A model generated the notes under the pieces. That model was not told the DNA's origin and did no database searches. It saw only the letters and a list, made by a program, of their open reading frames with translations. The position numbers were made by a program, and so were the translations under genes. 64,000 nucleotides of DNA from an uncultured Candidatus Poseidoniales archaeon. Its GTDB lineage: Archaea; Thermoplasmatota; Poseidoniia; Poseidoniales; Thalassarchaeaceae. Where the stretch lies: the NCBI GenBank assembly GCA_963934165.1, contig CAWVXH010000002.1, positions 38,650 through 102,649 of the forward strand, written 5' to 3'. Position 1 is the stretch's first letter. The number at the start of each line of letters is the position of its first letter. Of the stretch, positions 28,449 to 38,883 are shown piece by piece.

Positions 28449-31400
28449 TCATAAGCTGAAGCCGTCGTTCTCATTTTCTTCATCAATTCCAGCAATTCTT
28501 GTGTTACCTTCAGAATCGATGAACTCACCGGCTTTCACACGCGAGCCATAAAGGGTCGATTCATTAGACGATGTTCGGTTCAACATACTCTCCCCGAGAG
28601 CATTGCTTAGATGATTGATAAGCGCCTGTAGAGCTGCAATTGCTCGATCCCTTTGATCCGCCCCGATTTCGTGGTCTGAATATCGCGCTTCTTCAAAGAT
28701 TGAAAACAATGTATCCAAATCTTCAGGTGGCATTATTCCTCCAAGCATGGCATTTATTGCATCCTCAAATTCACGAGTTGTTTCATAGACTTTCTTCATA
28801 GCTCCACGGCTGCGGAAGAAACGAACTAAATCCTTGTAACAATTGAAAATTGTCTGAATATAATCATTCGATGCTTTCAATGACATCAATGAATCTGTGA
28901 GGATTCCACGAATTATTTCGATTCGGCGGCGCTCATTGTAATTTCGATACATTATCGCACCGATTAGGACAGCGAATGCTAGAGCAATTCCAATAACTGT
29001 CAAGACCTTGAACGTGAAGAAATTCGCGTTTTGTTCAACAAGAGGCTCACCGAGATAAATCACCGGTGTGCTGTTAAGGAACTCTTCTTGGAAAAACGAC
29101 GATTCTTGGAAATGAATCAGAACTCGCCATTTGCCATTCACAGCAGTAATATCGAGCTCTCCAGGCACTTCTTCTCCGGTGTAAATAAAGCTGAAATTCG
29201 CCTCACCATGCTCATTTGTCACAGCGTATTCAACATTATTTGTTTCCCATCCTGTGCCATTCCAATACTGAAAGGTGAAGATAACAGTTTCACCTTCAAC
29301 TGAAACATCCAAACGGTCTCGCAAAATTGCCACGGCCCCAGCGACTTCATCACCGATCTGGTAACCCAATGGATTTGACCAATGGTTCTTCAGCAAAATA
29401 TCAACCTTGCTTCTGACTAGAACTTCGACATCTTGGAACGAACCATTGACGACTGGGGTCGTCTCAGCCCGGCAACCTCCGGGTAATTCCTTAGTCGGCT
29501 CATATGCAACTCTAATCGTCCTGAAGCCCTCTAACTGGTTTCCGTTTGGCTCAACACCACGGCGGCTTGGATTATCATCCGGATCGCCGGAATACCATTC
29601 AATTTCACCAGTGCCATCACGAGTGATGGCAGTTGCGATAGGACGGGTATTAGTTTCAGGGTCGAGGTAGATGTTGAGACACTTTCCTCCGACTGGATTA
29701 CCATTGACTTGAGTCAACATTGCATCGATATGGAACGATTCCTTTAGGTAAAGAACTGGGAAAACAGTTCCGTTTTGGAATTGATATGTGTCGACATCAG
29801 TACGGAATGGCCCTACTTCTTGGAAGGTCATTGTAGAATTAGAAAAGACAGGGAAGAACTTCGTTAAACTCGAATTTTTATATCGATATTGATCTCCGGT
29901 TTCATATGAAAGGAAATTCACAGTTACCTTCGCTTGACCTGCTTGAACGTCATTTAGTGGGCAAATTACATCGAACATGCCATTGATGTCAGTTATATCA
30001 CCTTGGCAAGATTTTACGCCTAAATCAGAGCCGACCATTTCGTATTGAACCTGGATTGCTCGGTTCGATAGATTCGAGCCAAGCTCATCGATTAACTGAC
30101 CGGTAACAACCATCGGTTTATCGATAGCTTGGCCAGTAACTGGGTCAATTTCAGAGGTGTAAACAATCTGATCGTCAACAGAAAGCGTGGTGCGGCCAAT
30201 CAGGCTGAATCCACGCTCATCGTGACGGAAAATCTTTCGATAATGATCGCTGTTGAGAATTTGGTCGCAAGGATCCCAAGCACCTGAAATTCTCAACATT
30301 TCCTCATCGAGAGGTTCACAACCTTCATGGGGAAGGTTTTCTGCGAAACGAAGGATGACATTGACTGGTCCAAATCCGTCAGGAAGGAAGGAATTAGGGT
30401 CATCTCTGAGCAATTGTGGATCTAACAACATTCTGTAATTAATTGAACCCGCATTAGGGCAAAGCGTCTCAACGATTTGCCTATGAATGCGTTGTTCGAA
30501 ATCGACGCCTTCAAGAATCACTAAAATTTCTCCGCCATTTTCATCACATCCATCGAGGAATTCGCCTTTATCCTTGATAGCGGCGGTTCGATTATCGTCT
30601 GTTACCTGAGCACTGAATTCCCAATAATCTCCACTCGAAAGACGATTTTCTGTCGTACTTTGGAGAGACACAAATGTTCGAGAAACAACCCAGAGGTTGA
30701 TTTCGTGAGCACTGCCTTGGCGATATGTGTCGCCTGGATATGTGTAACTTAGAGTGAAATTACCGAGTTGATGCATTTCATCAATTGTCAAATTGACTTG
30801 AAGAACACCGTTATGATCGGTTATCGCTATATCGCTAGTTCCGTCTGCAGACCAAGTGAAATTCACTGGAGCATCGCGAACAGGCTGATACGCATTGTCG
30901 ATGAGCCGTGCCTCAATTGTTGTATTTTGTCCTCGATAAAGACGTGGTATCAGATTCATTTGGAAATCGGTAGTACCAATGACTGAGATGTTCACATATG
31001 CACCTGTCGGCGCGAGAACATTCGATTGATTTCCAGTAAAGTAGAAATTCGAATTTGTAAAATCTGCACGGATTCCAAATACGCCCGCTGCATATTGAGA
31101 ATACCAGGTCCAGTTGTAATCGAATACTGCTTCGCCGTTCACCATATCTGGAGCACGCGCAAATCCAGTCTCTTGGGAACCTGCGAAAACACCGTTGTGA
31201 TCTACATCAACCTGTAGAGCCATAGGGTCGTGAGGCCATGCGGTCATAGTTCGGTTCCAAACCGTTCCAATAATTCTGAACGTTTCTCCTGTGAACATTT
31301 CTGGTACAATTTCACATCTCGCATCGCTTTCCGGATCTCTTGGGTCAATCGGTCCACATGGTGGAACGTTGAAATCCCCCCCATTTTGCATTGCGATGAA

Positions 31401-34400
31401 CCAATGAGTGCCATTCGAAGAGAGGAATGGGCGTAATCTACCAGACTCACCCGTCAATCCTTCAGGCGTACCATCCCAGAGCATAGCATATGGTTTCCCA
31501 AGACTTTCTGTACCGAAATCAAGGCCTGCATTAGCCAAGGACGGGGAGTGGAATAATGCTCGCCATGCTCCGAAAGAAGAGCCGGTGAATTGAGTTGAAT
31601 CCCAAAAGTAAACTGGCCGGATGGATGGGGTTATCACATCTGCTTCGATATACATTCTATGCATTGATCGGATCGCGAATGAATCTGTTTCATCGCCCTC
31701 TAGATATGGCCAAGGCCATTCTGCACCTAAATCGGGTCGAGACATACCAATGAAAAGATAGTCGCCAATCGGTAAACTGGTGTTTGTATATTCATATATT
31801 CCAATCATGCTGTGTGATTTTGAAGTGTTATCCCAAACAATTTCCTCATAAGCACCAGGAACTTTTCCTACTCCATTATCAATTGTTGAATTCCATTGAA
31901 CCTGTTTCCAAATACCTTGGCTTCCGCTCGATTGAACAAAGGAGAGTGAAACCCACCCTCCTGAATCAGATCGATAACCGTAGCCATAACCATCGAACAC
32001 AGTAGGATGAGTGGCATTACCAAATGGGCCACCGTGGACGGTGAACGAAATCGGTGCATGTGAGAGTCTGTTGTCAAATTTACCTCTCTCCCAATCTGCA
32101 GTATAGTGTACCTTGTAATCGATGAAGAGTGGCTGTTCATCACTACGGAAATATGTCCATGCAACATAATCAATTGTTGTGTTCGCTCGGACTTCGGTTG
32201 GAACCGGTTCTGTTGCAGCACCATCGTGAATGAACATTTCAGTTACTTCTGCATATACATTATAAGTCAAATTAGAACCGACTGTCAAATCCTCTGGGAA
32301 GAGGAATTGACCAACCACATAATTACCGTTCTCGTCGGTAAGAACATCGATTGTCTCAAGAGCAGTTGTACCATTACGAGCCCAATCAATATGGATTTGA
32401 ACGGGCAGATTTGGGGCTGGCATGAAGACACCCTGCTCAGGATCTAGCCAATTTACAGTACCATTGAACTTGACAGCATAACGATAATCCAGCCACATTA
32501 CTTCTGGGACGGTTAGTGTAATTCTAGTAGGTATTTTATCATCTTCATCTAAGATGCCATCATTGTCAGAATCCCAGTCAGAAGTATTTCCATCCTCTTC
32601 CTCAAACTGATCCCAATCCGTATCTGTGCGATTATCGGTATCGTCATCTTCATCGATTGCATCTGGGCCGGTTTGAGGATCTGTTGGATTAGCAATACCT
32701 TCGCCGCCTCCGAAATCATCATGATCCCATGGATTAGTTGATTGATTATTGAATCGAGATGGCCAAAGCATAACTTCGTCAGCATCTTCCATTCCATCTG
32801 AATCATCATCCAAGTCAATATCATCTCGCAACCCATCATTATCGTGATCCCATGCTGAAATTAGAGGAGTCGCTGTAGCCAATTCGAGAGTGTTGACTCG
32901 CCCATCCCCATCCCAATCATCATCAGCCCAGTTCAATATTCCATCATTATCGTGATCCCAAACAAATTGTTCTTCTCCGACGAAACAAAGTAGTTCCTGG
33001 TCTGCATCGAGAATTCCATTGTTATCATCATCTGGATCCTCGCCATCCGGAACACCATCGTTGTCATTGTCGACATCGTAATACTTCGGATGTAGTAATC
33101 CTTGCCCTAGTATTCCAACATCCCAAACAGCTTGGTACCATCCGTCGTTATCCGGGTCGGTATCTGTCCCATCATCATCATTGTCATCACAATTTGAACC
33201 GATGAAGAAATTGCCAGCCGGCTCGGTATTAGCATCGTCATCATGGTCATCATTTGTGTCAACTTCGAAATAATCCCAGATACCGTCATTATCATCGTCG
33301 ACATCCCAATGATCGAAAACATTGTCGAAATCATCGTCCAAGTCTGCTGTATCATTGAACATACATTGTGGGTTCATATTTCCTGAAACGGGTGCTCCGC
33401 AATCATCATCTGGATCGACGTCATTATTGAGTAAATCAGCCTTTTCATCGGGGAACCAATTTGCATTTGAATCAGAATTCCACTGGAAAAAGCCGTAGTT
33501 TAAGCCAACGTAAGCAATCCACAAATCTCGGTTATTTGCTATTTGATTGTATGTTACGGCAGAGCTTGGGCTAGGATTACTCCCTGGGTCGAAAGTAAAC
33601 CAGAAGCAATTCTTGTTACATGTCCATTGCCCCTGAGAATTACTGCCATTATATGGACCATCATCATATTCTGAATCTGGGCGAGAACTGTATGGATATG
33701 TGTAAACCAATTGGCCTTGATTGGTTGAACTTGGGCTAATAATCGGTGCTCCGTAGAGCCATGCATAGAACAAACCGCAAACGTGTTCCTCAGCTAATCC
33801 TGCCATAAATGCGAGGAAAAGGGAAGAGCCACATTCATTATCATCAAAAGTACCACCAAATTTGATGTCATTAACGTCGAGTTGCCCATCATTACCTTCA
33901 TCCTGATCCCACCAATCAGGCAGTCCATCTCCATCTTGATCGATATCGATTCCGTTGATTAGAGAATCTCCATCAGTATCTATATCAAAGAAATTGCCGC
34001 CATTGAAAGCACTCCAACGTTGAATAACATGCCAATAAAGTTCTGGGACCTTTCCGCTATCATCAGGTGAGACTGCCGAATCATATCCATTGTAATTCAA
34101 AATAAATCCATCTTCAGAAGTGAATGGATTAAACATCCATGATTGATTCCAATAGAAGTTATGGGCGATATCGTGTGCATATATCTGGCCATCATTCGAA
34201 CCATCGAGCAAATCACCATCGTCAGTTGGATAAGTCGAATCAAAAATATCAGTAGTGTCGAAGTCTTGAATTCCACAATTTCCATCATCTGGGTCGTAAT
34301 AATCAGAAATTCCATCATTATCATCATCCCAATCCTCATCATTCTGTAATCCATCGCCATCGATGTCTGTGTCGAGATGGTTAGGTCCGTCGTCTCGATA

Positions 34401-36401
34401 GAGCGAACCATTCAACAAATGCATGTCATTGTCATCATCGAAATCACAATTATCATCCATATCGAGCCAATCTAGAATCCCATCATTATCATCATCGACA
34501 TCATCCCAATTATTGATTCCATCACCATCCCAGTCATTAAAACCAGTATACGATTTTCTCAATAAGTAACAATTGTCATGAGGATTCTGTGGATTAGGAT
34601 TGGTAAGGCTTGGGCAATCCCAGCCATCTACGGTGTCCTGGTGAACATTTGGGAAGATATCAAGTTCGTTGATTATTCCATCATTATCCAAATCCCAAGG
34701 TTCGTCGTTTGGATCAAGGGCGGGTGCCCCGACTGGATTGTCAGGAAATGGAGTTCCTCCCATATCTGGGTCGAGCCAATCCCATACCAAATCGTAATCT
34801 TGGTCGATGACTCGATAGCGGTCATCATCTGCATCACGATCATAATCTAGTTCACAATCGATTCCCGGGATCTCGATTGGGCCGGACACCGGTAAATCAC
34901 CAACCCCATCTCCATTGGTATCGACTTGATGGCAACGATCAGGAATTCCATCATTATCATCATCGACATCATACATATCGGCCAAACCGTCGTTATCATC
35001 ATCGGTATCCGAAGAATCTGGTGAGCCGTCATTATCATTGTCTGGATCGATGAAATTTGGAATCCCGTCACCGTCTAAATCACCGTCGACAATATAGCTA
35101 AATGATTGCTCGCGGGGATGCCAAGCCATTTCTCTGTCAACGAAATCAACGCCTCCAACATATTGAGAGTAAGTCCGTAAATTAGCTGTTGAATTTACAT
35201 TAATTGACCCAGTCATTGTTGAGTGGATTGTACAATCATAGCCTAAAGTTCCTGCCGTAGCAAAGGTCATTGAAAATGTCCCACTAGGTGCAATATTACC
35301 ACTATCGAATGATCCTCCGATGCTTTCAGTAACTGTATGATCTGTGGTATCATCATTCGTCCAGACGATTGTGTCACCCACATTGATATTGATATTTCTT
35401 GGAGAAAAACCAGAACTAGTTATCGAAACGTGATGCACTTGGGCAGAATGCCAATCTACTGCAGCTGACCAATTTGCTGCAACATTTGTGATATTTCCGG
35501 AACGAGTTGAATCCCAAGGGTGTTCATCCCATAGATCTATTACTCCGTCACCATCATCATCCAAATCAAAATAATCAGCATCTCCATCACCATCAAAATC
35601 ACATGGCCAAGTGAATTGATCAATTCGTCCATCGTTATCATCGTCTTCATCATAAGAACCTCGACCTGAACCATCAATATCTTCATCCGGGATTCCATCA
35701 TTGTCGTGATCGTAGGGATTCTGGTCAATTCTGTAACCATTTCCAATTACTAAACCCGTCCAAGGGTGAACGGTATTCGATTGAACATAACGATCTGAAC
35801 TGACATTTTGCGGATCCGCACCTTGTGAATAATCGATTGGCCCTTCTAGAATTCCGTCGTTATCATCATCCCAATCGAATTCATCTTGAATTCCATCATT
35901 ATCGTGATCGTAAGGATCGGTCCCATAGCAGCCATCGAAACGCTCGATTAAATCAGCGATACCATCGTTATCATCGTCTAAATCATACAAATCTGAGATG
36001 CCATCGTTATCGTGATCTTTGGTATCCGTCTCTTCAAGGAAAAATCCATAACTCGGATCCAACGCAAGGGCGTCACGGTCACTTATCTTCCCATAAACTG
36101 CCATCGGATCATTATAAAACGGATCGGTAAAGGTTGGATCATTAAAGCTGTTTTGAGCAGCAGGGTTACTTACTCCATCTCCAGTTACGGGACCAGATGC
36201 TGTGTTAATTTGTTGATATGATGTACGCTTTTCGGTAGGTTCCCACTCAACATCATTTACCTCTTCATATGAATCAAAATCTTGTAATGAATACATTTGT
36301 GTGCTAAACAACATCAAAAATACCATCAAGACTGCTGTAATTCCTTTTTTGGTATTTGCAATACCGAATCCATTACTGATTTTACCTAACATCGTAACCA
36401 C
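28449..36401 (-). CDS. Giant cell-surface protein: thrombospondin-type-3-like Asp-rich repeats, cupredoxin domain, beta-rich stalk, TM helix, DUF4129-like tail
   Basis: N-terminal hydrophobic signal; many DxDxDG/DHDNDG motifs; H...CTIHSTM copper motif; TM VLTVIGIALAFAVLIGAIMY; tail YETTREF...FEEARYSDHEI. Confidence 0.85.
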   Translation of the reverse strand: MVTMLGKISNGFGIANTKKGITAVLMVFLMLFSTQMYSLQDFDSYEEVNDVEWEPTEKRTSYQQINTASGPVTGDGVSNPAAQNSFNDPTFTDPFYNDPMAVYGKISDRDALALDPSYGFFLEETDTKDHDNDGISDLYDLDDDNDGIADLIERFDGCYGTDPYDHDNDGIQDEFDWDDDNDGILEGPIDYSQGADPQNVSSDRYVQSNTVHPWTGLVIGNGYRIDQNPYDHDNDGIPDEDIDGSGRGSYDEDDDNDGRIDQFTWPCDFDGDGDADYFDLDDDGDGVIDLWDEHPWDSTRSGNITNVAANWSAAVDWHSAQVHHVSITSSGFSPRNININVGDTIVWTNDDTTDHTVTESIGGSFDSGNIAPSGTFSMTFATAGTLGYDCTIHSTMTGSINVNSTANLRTYSQYVGGVDFVDREMAWHPREQSFSYIVDGDLDGDGIPNFIDPDNDNDGSPDSSDTDDDNDGLADMYDVDDDNDGIPDRCHQVDTNGDGVGDLPVSGPIEIPGIDCELDYDRDADDDRYRVIDQDYDLVWDWLDPDMGGTPFPDNPVGAPALDPNDEPWDLDNDGIINELDIFPNVHQDTVDGWDCPSLTNPNPQNPHDNCYLLRKSYTGFNDWDGDGINNWDDVDDDNDGILDWLDMDDNCDFDDDNDMHLLNGSLYRDDGPNHLDTDIDGDGLQNDEDWDDDNDGISDYYDPDDGNCGIQDFDTTDIFDSTYPTDDGDLLDGSNDGQIYAHDIAHNFYWNQSWMFNPFTSEDGFILNYNGYDSAVSPDDSGKVPELYWHVIQRWSAFNGGNFFDIDTDGDSLINGIDIDQDGDGLPDWWDQDEGNDGQLDVNDIKFGGTFDDNECGSSLFLAFMAGLAEEHVCGLFYAWLYGAPIISPSSTNQGQLVYTYPYSSRPDSEYDDGPYNGSNSQGQWTCNKNCFWFTFDPGSNPSPSSAVTYNQIANNRDLWIAYVGLNYGFFQWNSDSNANWFPDEKADLLNNDVDPDDDCGAPVSGNMNPQCMFNDTADLDDDFDNVFDHWDVDDDNDGIWDYFEVDTNDDHDDDANTEPAGNFFIGSNCDDNDDDGTDTDPDNDGWYQAVWDVGILGQGLLHPKYYDVDNDNDGVPDGEDPDDDNNGILDADQELLCFVGEEQFVWDHDNDGILNWADDDWDGDGRVNTLELATATPLISAWDHDNDGLRDDIDLDDDSDGMEDADEVMLWPSRFNNQSTNPWDHDDFGGGEGIANPTDPQTGPDAIDEDDDTDNRTDTDWDQFEEEDGNTSDWDSDNDGILDEDDKIPTRITLTVPEVMWLDYRYAVKFNGTVNWLDPEQGVFMPAPNLPVQIHIDWARNGTTALETIDVLTDENGNYVVGQFLFPEDLTVGSNLTYNVYAEVTEMFIHDGAATEPVPTEVRANTTIDYVAWTYFRSDEQPLFIDYKVHYTADWERGKFDNRLSHAPISFTVHGGPFGNATHPTVFDGYGYGYRSDSGGWVSLSFVQSSGSQGIWKQVQWNSTIDNGVGKVPGAYEEIVWDNTSKSHSMIGIYEYTNTSLPIGDYLFIGMSRPDLGAEWPWPYLEGDETDSFAIRSMHRMYIEADVITPSIRPVYFWDSTQFTGSSFGAWRALFHSPSLANAGLDFGTESLGKPYAMLWDGTPEGLTGESGRLRPFLSSNGTHWFIAMQNGGDFNVPPCGPIDPRDPESDARCEIVPEMFTGETFRIIGTVWNRTMTAWPHDPMALQVDVDHNGVFAGSQETGFARAPDMVNGEAVFDYNWTWYSQYAAGVFGIRADFTNSNFYFTGNQSNVLAPTGAYVNISVIGTTDFQMNLIPRLYRGQNTTIEARLIDNAYQPVRDAPVNFTWSADGTSDIAITDHNGVLQVNLTIDEMHQLGNFTLSYTYPGDTYRQGSAHEINLWVVSRTFVSLQSTTENRLSSGDYWEFSAQVTDDNRTAAIKDKGEFLDGCDENGGEILVILEGVDFEQRIHRQIVETLCPNAGSINYRMLLDPQLLRDDPNSFLPDGFGPVNVILRFAENLPHEGCEPLDEEMLRISGAWDPCDQILNSDHYRKIFRHDERGFSLIGRTTLSVDDQIVYTSEIDPVTGQAIDKPMVVTGQLIDELGSNLSNRAIQVQYEMVGSDLGVKSCQGDITDINGMFDVICPLNDVQAGQAKVTVNFLSYETGDQYRYKNSSLTKFFPVFSNSTMTFQEVGPFRTDVDTYQFQNGTVFPVLYLKESFHIDAMLTQVNGNPVGGKCLNIYLDPETNTRPIATAITRDGTGEIEWYSGDPDDNPSRRGVEPNGNQLEGFRTIRVAYEPTKELPGGCRAETTPVVNGSFQDVEVLVRSKVDILLKNHWSNPLGYQIGDEVAGAVAILRDRLDVSVEGETVIFTFQYWNGTGWETNNVEYAVTNEHGEANFSFIYTGEEVPGELDITAVNGKWRVLIHFQESSFFQEEFLNSTPVIYLGEPLVEQNANFFTFKVLTVIGIALAFAVLIGAIMYRNYNERRRIEIIRGILTDSLMSLKASNDYIQTIFNCYKDLVRFFRSRGAMKKVYETTREFEDAINAMLGGIMPPEDLDTLFSIFEEARYSDHEIGADQRDRAIAALQALINHLSNALGESMLNRTSSNESTLYGSRVKAGEFIDSEGNTRIAGIDEENENDGFSL

Positions 36402-36536
36402 CGAAGTACTTTCGCTGACTCTGCACTACTTATCAACGACTACCCTCGTGTGCGCGTAAACGTATCAGAGACTGGTTTGGGTATCATTATTCATCCACTC
36501 CTCAAATTCAAAAAAGAATTTTTATCGCAGGATTTG

Positions 36537-36647
36537 ATGACAGCTTACCGAACCGTCCTCAACTCGAAAATACACCGGGCTTCTGTTATCCAGGCTGATC
36601 TCGATTATGTCGGCTCAATTTCAGATACCAATCAATATACTGATTAA
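36537..36647 (+). pseudogene. panD: Truncated aspartate 1-decarboxylase remnant (36 aa)
   Basis: MTAYRTVLNSKIHRASVIQADLDYVGSIS matches the PanD N-terminus (KIHRA.V..ADL.Y.GSI), then stops after 7 more codons. Confidence 0.8.
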
Positions 36648-37078
36648 GCTCGATGATAAGGTAAACCTTTGATGATTGTAACGGCTCGATAAAGTTGCTC
36701 TAAAAGCACGACTGCTGCCAATTCATGAGGGAGGGTAATCGGCCCTAATGAAAGTGATTTAGCTCCAGTTTGCTGCTCACCAAACCCACCAGGGGGCCCA
36801 ATTACGAGGTGTACATCTTGGCTTGCTAATCGCCACTTTTTCATCTCTTCAGCATAACCCATGCTATCAATAATTTCTCCACCTTCATCGAGTAGGATTA
36901 CCGTTGAATCACCAGCTCGCTTTAACACGGTTTTCAAATATTCATTGGGGTCGGTTTGATTTCGGTGTTCGACCAATGAAACACCATCTGAAGAAAGGCG
37001 ATTTGCATACTCATTTATTGCGGTGCGAAATGCAGCATCTTTGGGCCTTCCATGAAGATGAACTACGATACGAGCCAT
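36644..37078 (-). CDS. rlmH: 23S rRNA (pseudouridine1915-N3)-methyltransferase RlmH-like (SPOUT)
   Basis: EYANRL, ILLDEGG, VIGPPGG, LSLGPITLPHELA..VLLEQLYRA..I.KG.PYHR. Confidence 0.9.
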   Translation of the reverse strand: MARIVVHLHGRPKDAAFRTAINEYANRLSSDGVSLVEHRNQTDPNEYLKTVLKRAGDSTVILLDEGGEIIDSMGYAEEMKKWRLASQDVHLVIGPPGGFGEQQTGAKSLSLGPITLPHELAAVVLLEQLYRAVTIIKGLPYHRA

Positions 37079-37155
37079 GTGCGTGGCAGAACCCGCTAGT
37101 CTTTGATGAATTCGCAAGCATCAAAACTGTGAACACACTGGCTAAACTGAGTAAG

Positions 37156-37473
37156 ATGGGTTGGTGGCCGTTCAGAAAAAAATCTAAACCAATTCATGAT
37201 GATCCTCATGTCAAAGGCACTAGGCTCTGGATTCAAGAATTACGAGATGTTTGCGAACGAAATTATGACAATTTTACAGAGGGGCAACGATTAGTTCGAC
37301 AGATGCAAATAGAATGGATTGATGCGAATCAAGAAGGGATTGTAGACAATTTGTTGCTAGAAGGTCTAGATCGACGTGCATTTCGACTATTAAGAGCCGA
37401 TAGCAAAGAATGGTTGGCATGGCTCGACAACGAAGATTTTTGGAAGCCCGGCTGGCGCGGTGATATCGAATAA
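37156..37473 (+). CDS. Hypothetical Trp-rich protein
   Basis: MGWWPFRKK start avoids overlap with rlmH; followed by a GAGGTG SD for the next gene. Confidence 0.6.
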   Translation: MGWWPFRKKSKPIHDDPHVKGTRLWIQELRDVCERNYDNFTEGQRLVRQMQIEWIDANQEGIVDNLLLEGLDRRAFRLLRADSKEWLAWLDNEDFWKPGWRGDIE

Positions 37474-37481
37474 GAGGTGTT

Positions 37482-38177
37482 TTGATGATTTTTTGGATTT
37501 CTTTATTTCTCATTTTGGGTGCCACTGTGTTCCATTATTCTCGTGCCCAACCTTTTCCAGAAAAAAGTGGAAAATTTGCCTTTTTATTAATTACTACAGG
37601 AGTAATAATGATTATTTCCATTAGTGCCCCTCGCCCTACTGAAGATTTGGTTGCTCCGATGGTTGCCACTATTATCGGTGGACTCGCCGTCATCATCGGT
37701 ACAATCCATATGTCGATTCTACGAGATGATGTGATTATCGCACCATTTGGGGGATTTCTTCTTTGCATTGGTGCGATCGATTTGCTCTCATCTCAATGGG
37801 TTGGAGCCGGACAAATCGAACAAATCGGCTCATTCGCTTTCGCTTCAATTCTAGTGTTACTGGAGATTTACTTAGCATTCAAAGGATTGGTTGTCGGAAT
37901 TCAGGGCATCTCTTGGTCGAAATCAGGGTTGAGGCAAATCCACAGGGGAATTTTGTTAGGAGATTCGGGTGCAATCGCTCATTTTGAGAAATCATGGGAT
38001 ATGGAAAATCAATGGATAAACGCGATGAGTCATTCCGCATTATCGTTAATTTATCGTCATCTAAATAATGATAATATGGAGAAAAAACACGCCATTGAGT
38101 TAGAAAAATTGGGTGGTTGGCAAAGTGTTGATGAATCTTGGATAATTACTATCGAAAATGCATTAGAAATTATTTGA
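37482..38177 (+). CDS. Hypothetical membrane protein with a helical C-terminal tail
   Basis: About 5 hydrophobic segments followed by a TPR-like tail (AIAHFEKSW...ALSLIY). Confidence 0.7.
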   Translation: MMIFWISLFLILGATVFHYSRAQPFPEKSGKFAFLLITTGVIMIISISAPRPTEDLVAPMVATIIGGLAVIIGTIHMSILRDDVIIAPFGGFLLCIGAIDLLSSQWVGAGQIEQIGSFAFASILVLLEIYLAFKGLVVGIQGISWSKSGLRQIHRGILLGDSGAIAHFEKSWDMENQWINAMSHSALSLIYRHLNNDNMEKKHAIELEKLGGWQSVDESWIITIENALEII

Positions 38178-38241
38178 GTGTCGGTCTCGAACATTTTATT
38201 GTAGTCGAGACGATTTCATAGAGTGCAACCCAATCCGACAA

Positions 38242-38883
38242 GTGGATATGGTTCGCATTACAAGGATTCACACTGGTGGCGGAGACGGAGGTGAAACTTC
38301 TCTCCTCGATGGAGAAAGGGTTGGAAAGGATCATCCCCGTGTTGCATTTTATGGCACAATCGATGAAGTAAATTCACAGATTGGAGCCGTCAGAATGGAA
38401 CTAAATCGAATCGAAAAAATAGCACCAGATGGTGGCCAAAAAACAAATCTAATTCGTGCAGCAGAATTGGCAGACAAACGCTTAGGTATTATTCAACAAG
38501 AATTATTTGACATTGGGGGAGAATGTTCTTGCACACCAGGAAAATTACCGAAAATGATGGAATTAATATCTGAGCAGCAATGCGAAAGATTAGTCGAGGA
38601 GATGAACGAATGGATCGAAGATCTCGAGCCACTCGAATCTTTCATAATTCCTACAGGATCTCCTCCCGTCGCTACCCTGCACGTAGCTCGGTGTGTCACG
38701 CGTCGAGCAGAAAGGGACGCTTGTGGACTTCGCTCAATTGAAGGTGAATATGCCATTAGAGCAGAAGTAATATCATACTTGAATAGGTTATCTGATTGGC
38801 TCTTCGTTCTCGGAAGATGGATTACAGTAAAAACCGGTGAAGAAGAAGTTTTGTGGATGCCTCTCGGTAAAAGAAATGCTTAG
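38242..38883 (+). CDS. ATP:cob(I)alamin adenosyltransferase (PduO/MMAB type)
   Basis: RIHTGGGDGGETSL, YGTIDEVNS.IG, QQELFDIG, FIIPTG, ARCVTRRAER, YLNRLSDWLF. Confidence 0.95.
   Translation: MDMVRITRIHTGGGDGGETSLLDGERVGKDHPRVAFYGTIDEVNSQIGAVRMELNRIEKIAPDGGQKTNLIRAAELADKRLGIIQQELFDIGGECSCTPGKLPKMMELISEQQCERLVEEMNEWIEDLEPLESFIIPTGSPPVATLHVARCVTRRAERDACGLRSIEGEYAIRAEVISYLNRLSDWLFVLGRWITVKTGEEEVLWMPLGKRNA

Noticed and set aside
32549..35746. Met-rich minus-strand ORFs (MMM...) inside the giant gene
   Set aside because: Shifted-frame reading of GAT-GAT Asp runs.
36904..37155. Long N-terminus of the 189-aa plus-strand ORF
   Set aside because: Overlaps rlmH antisense; ATG 37156 is more plausible.
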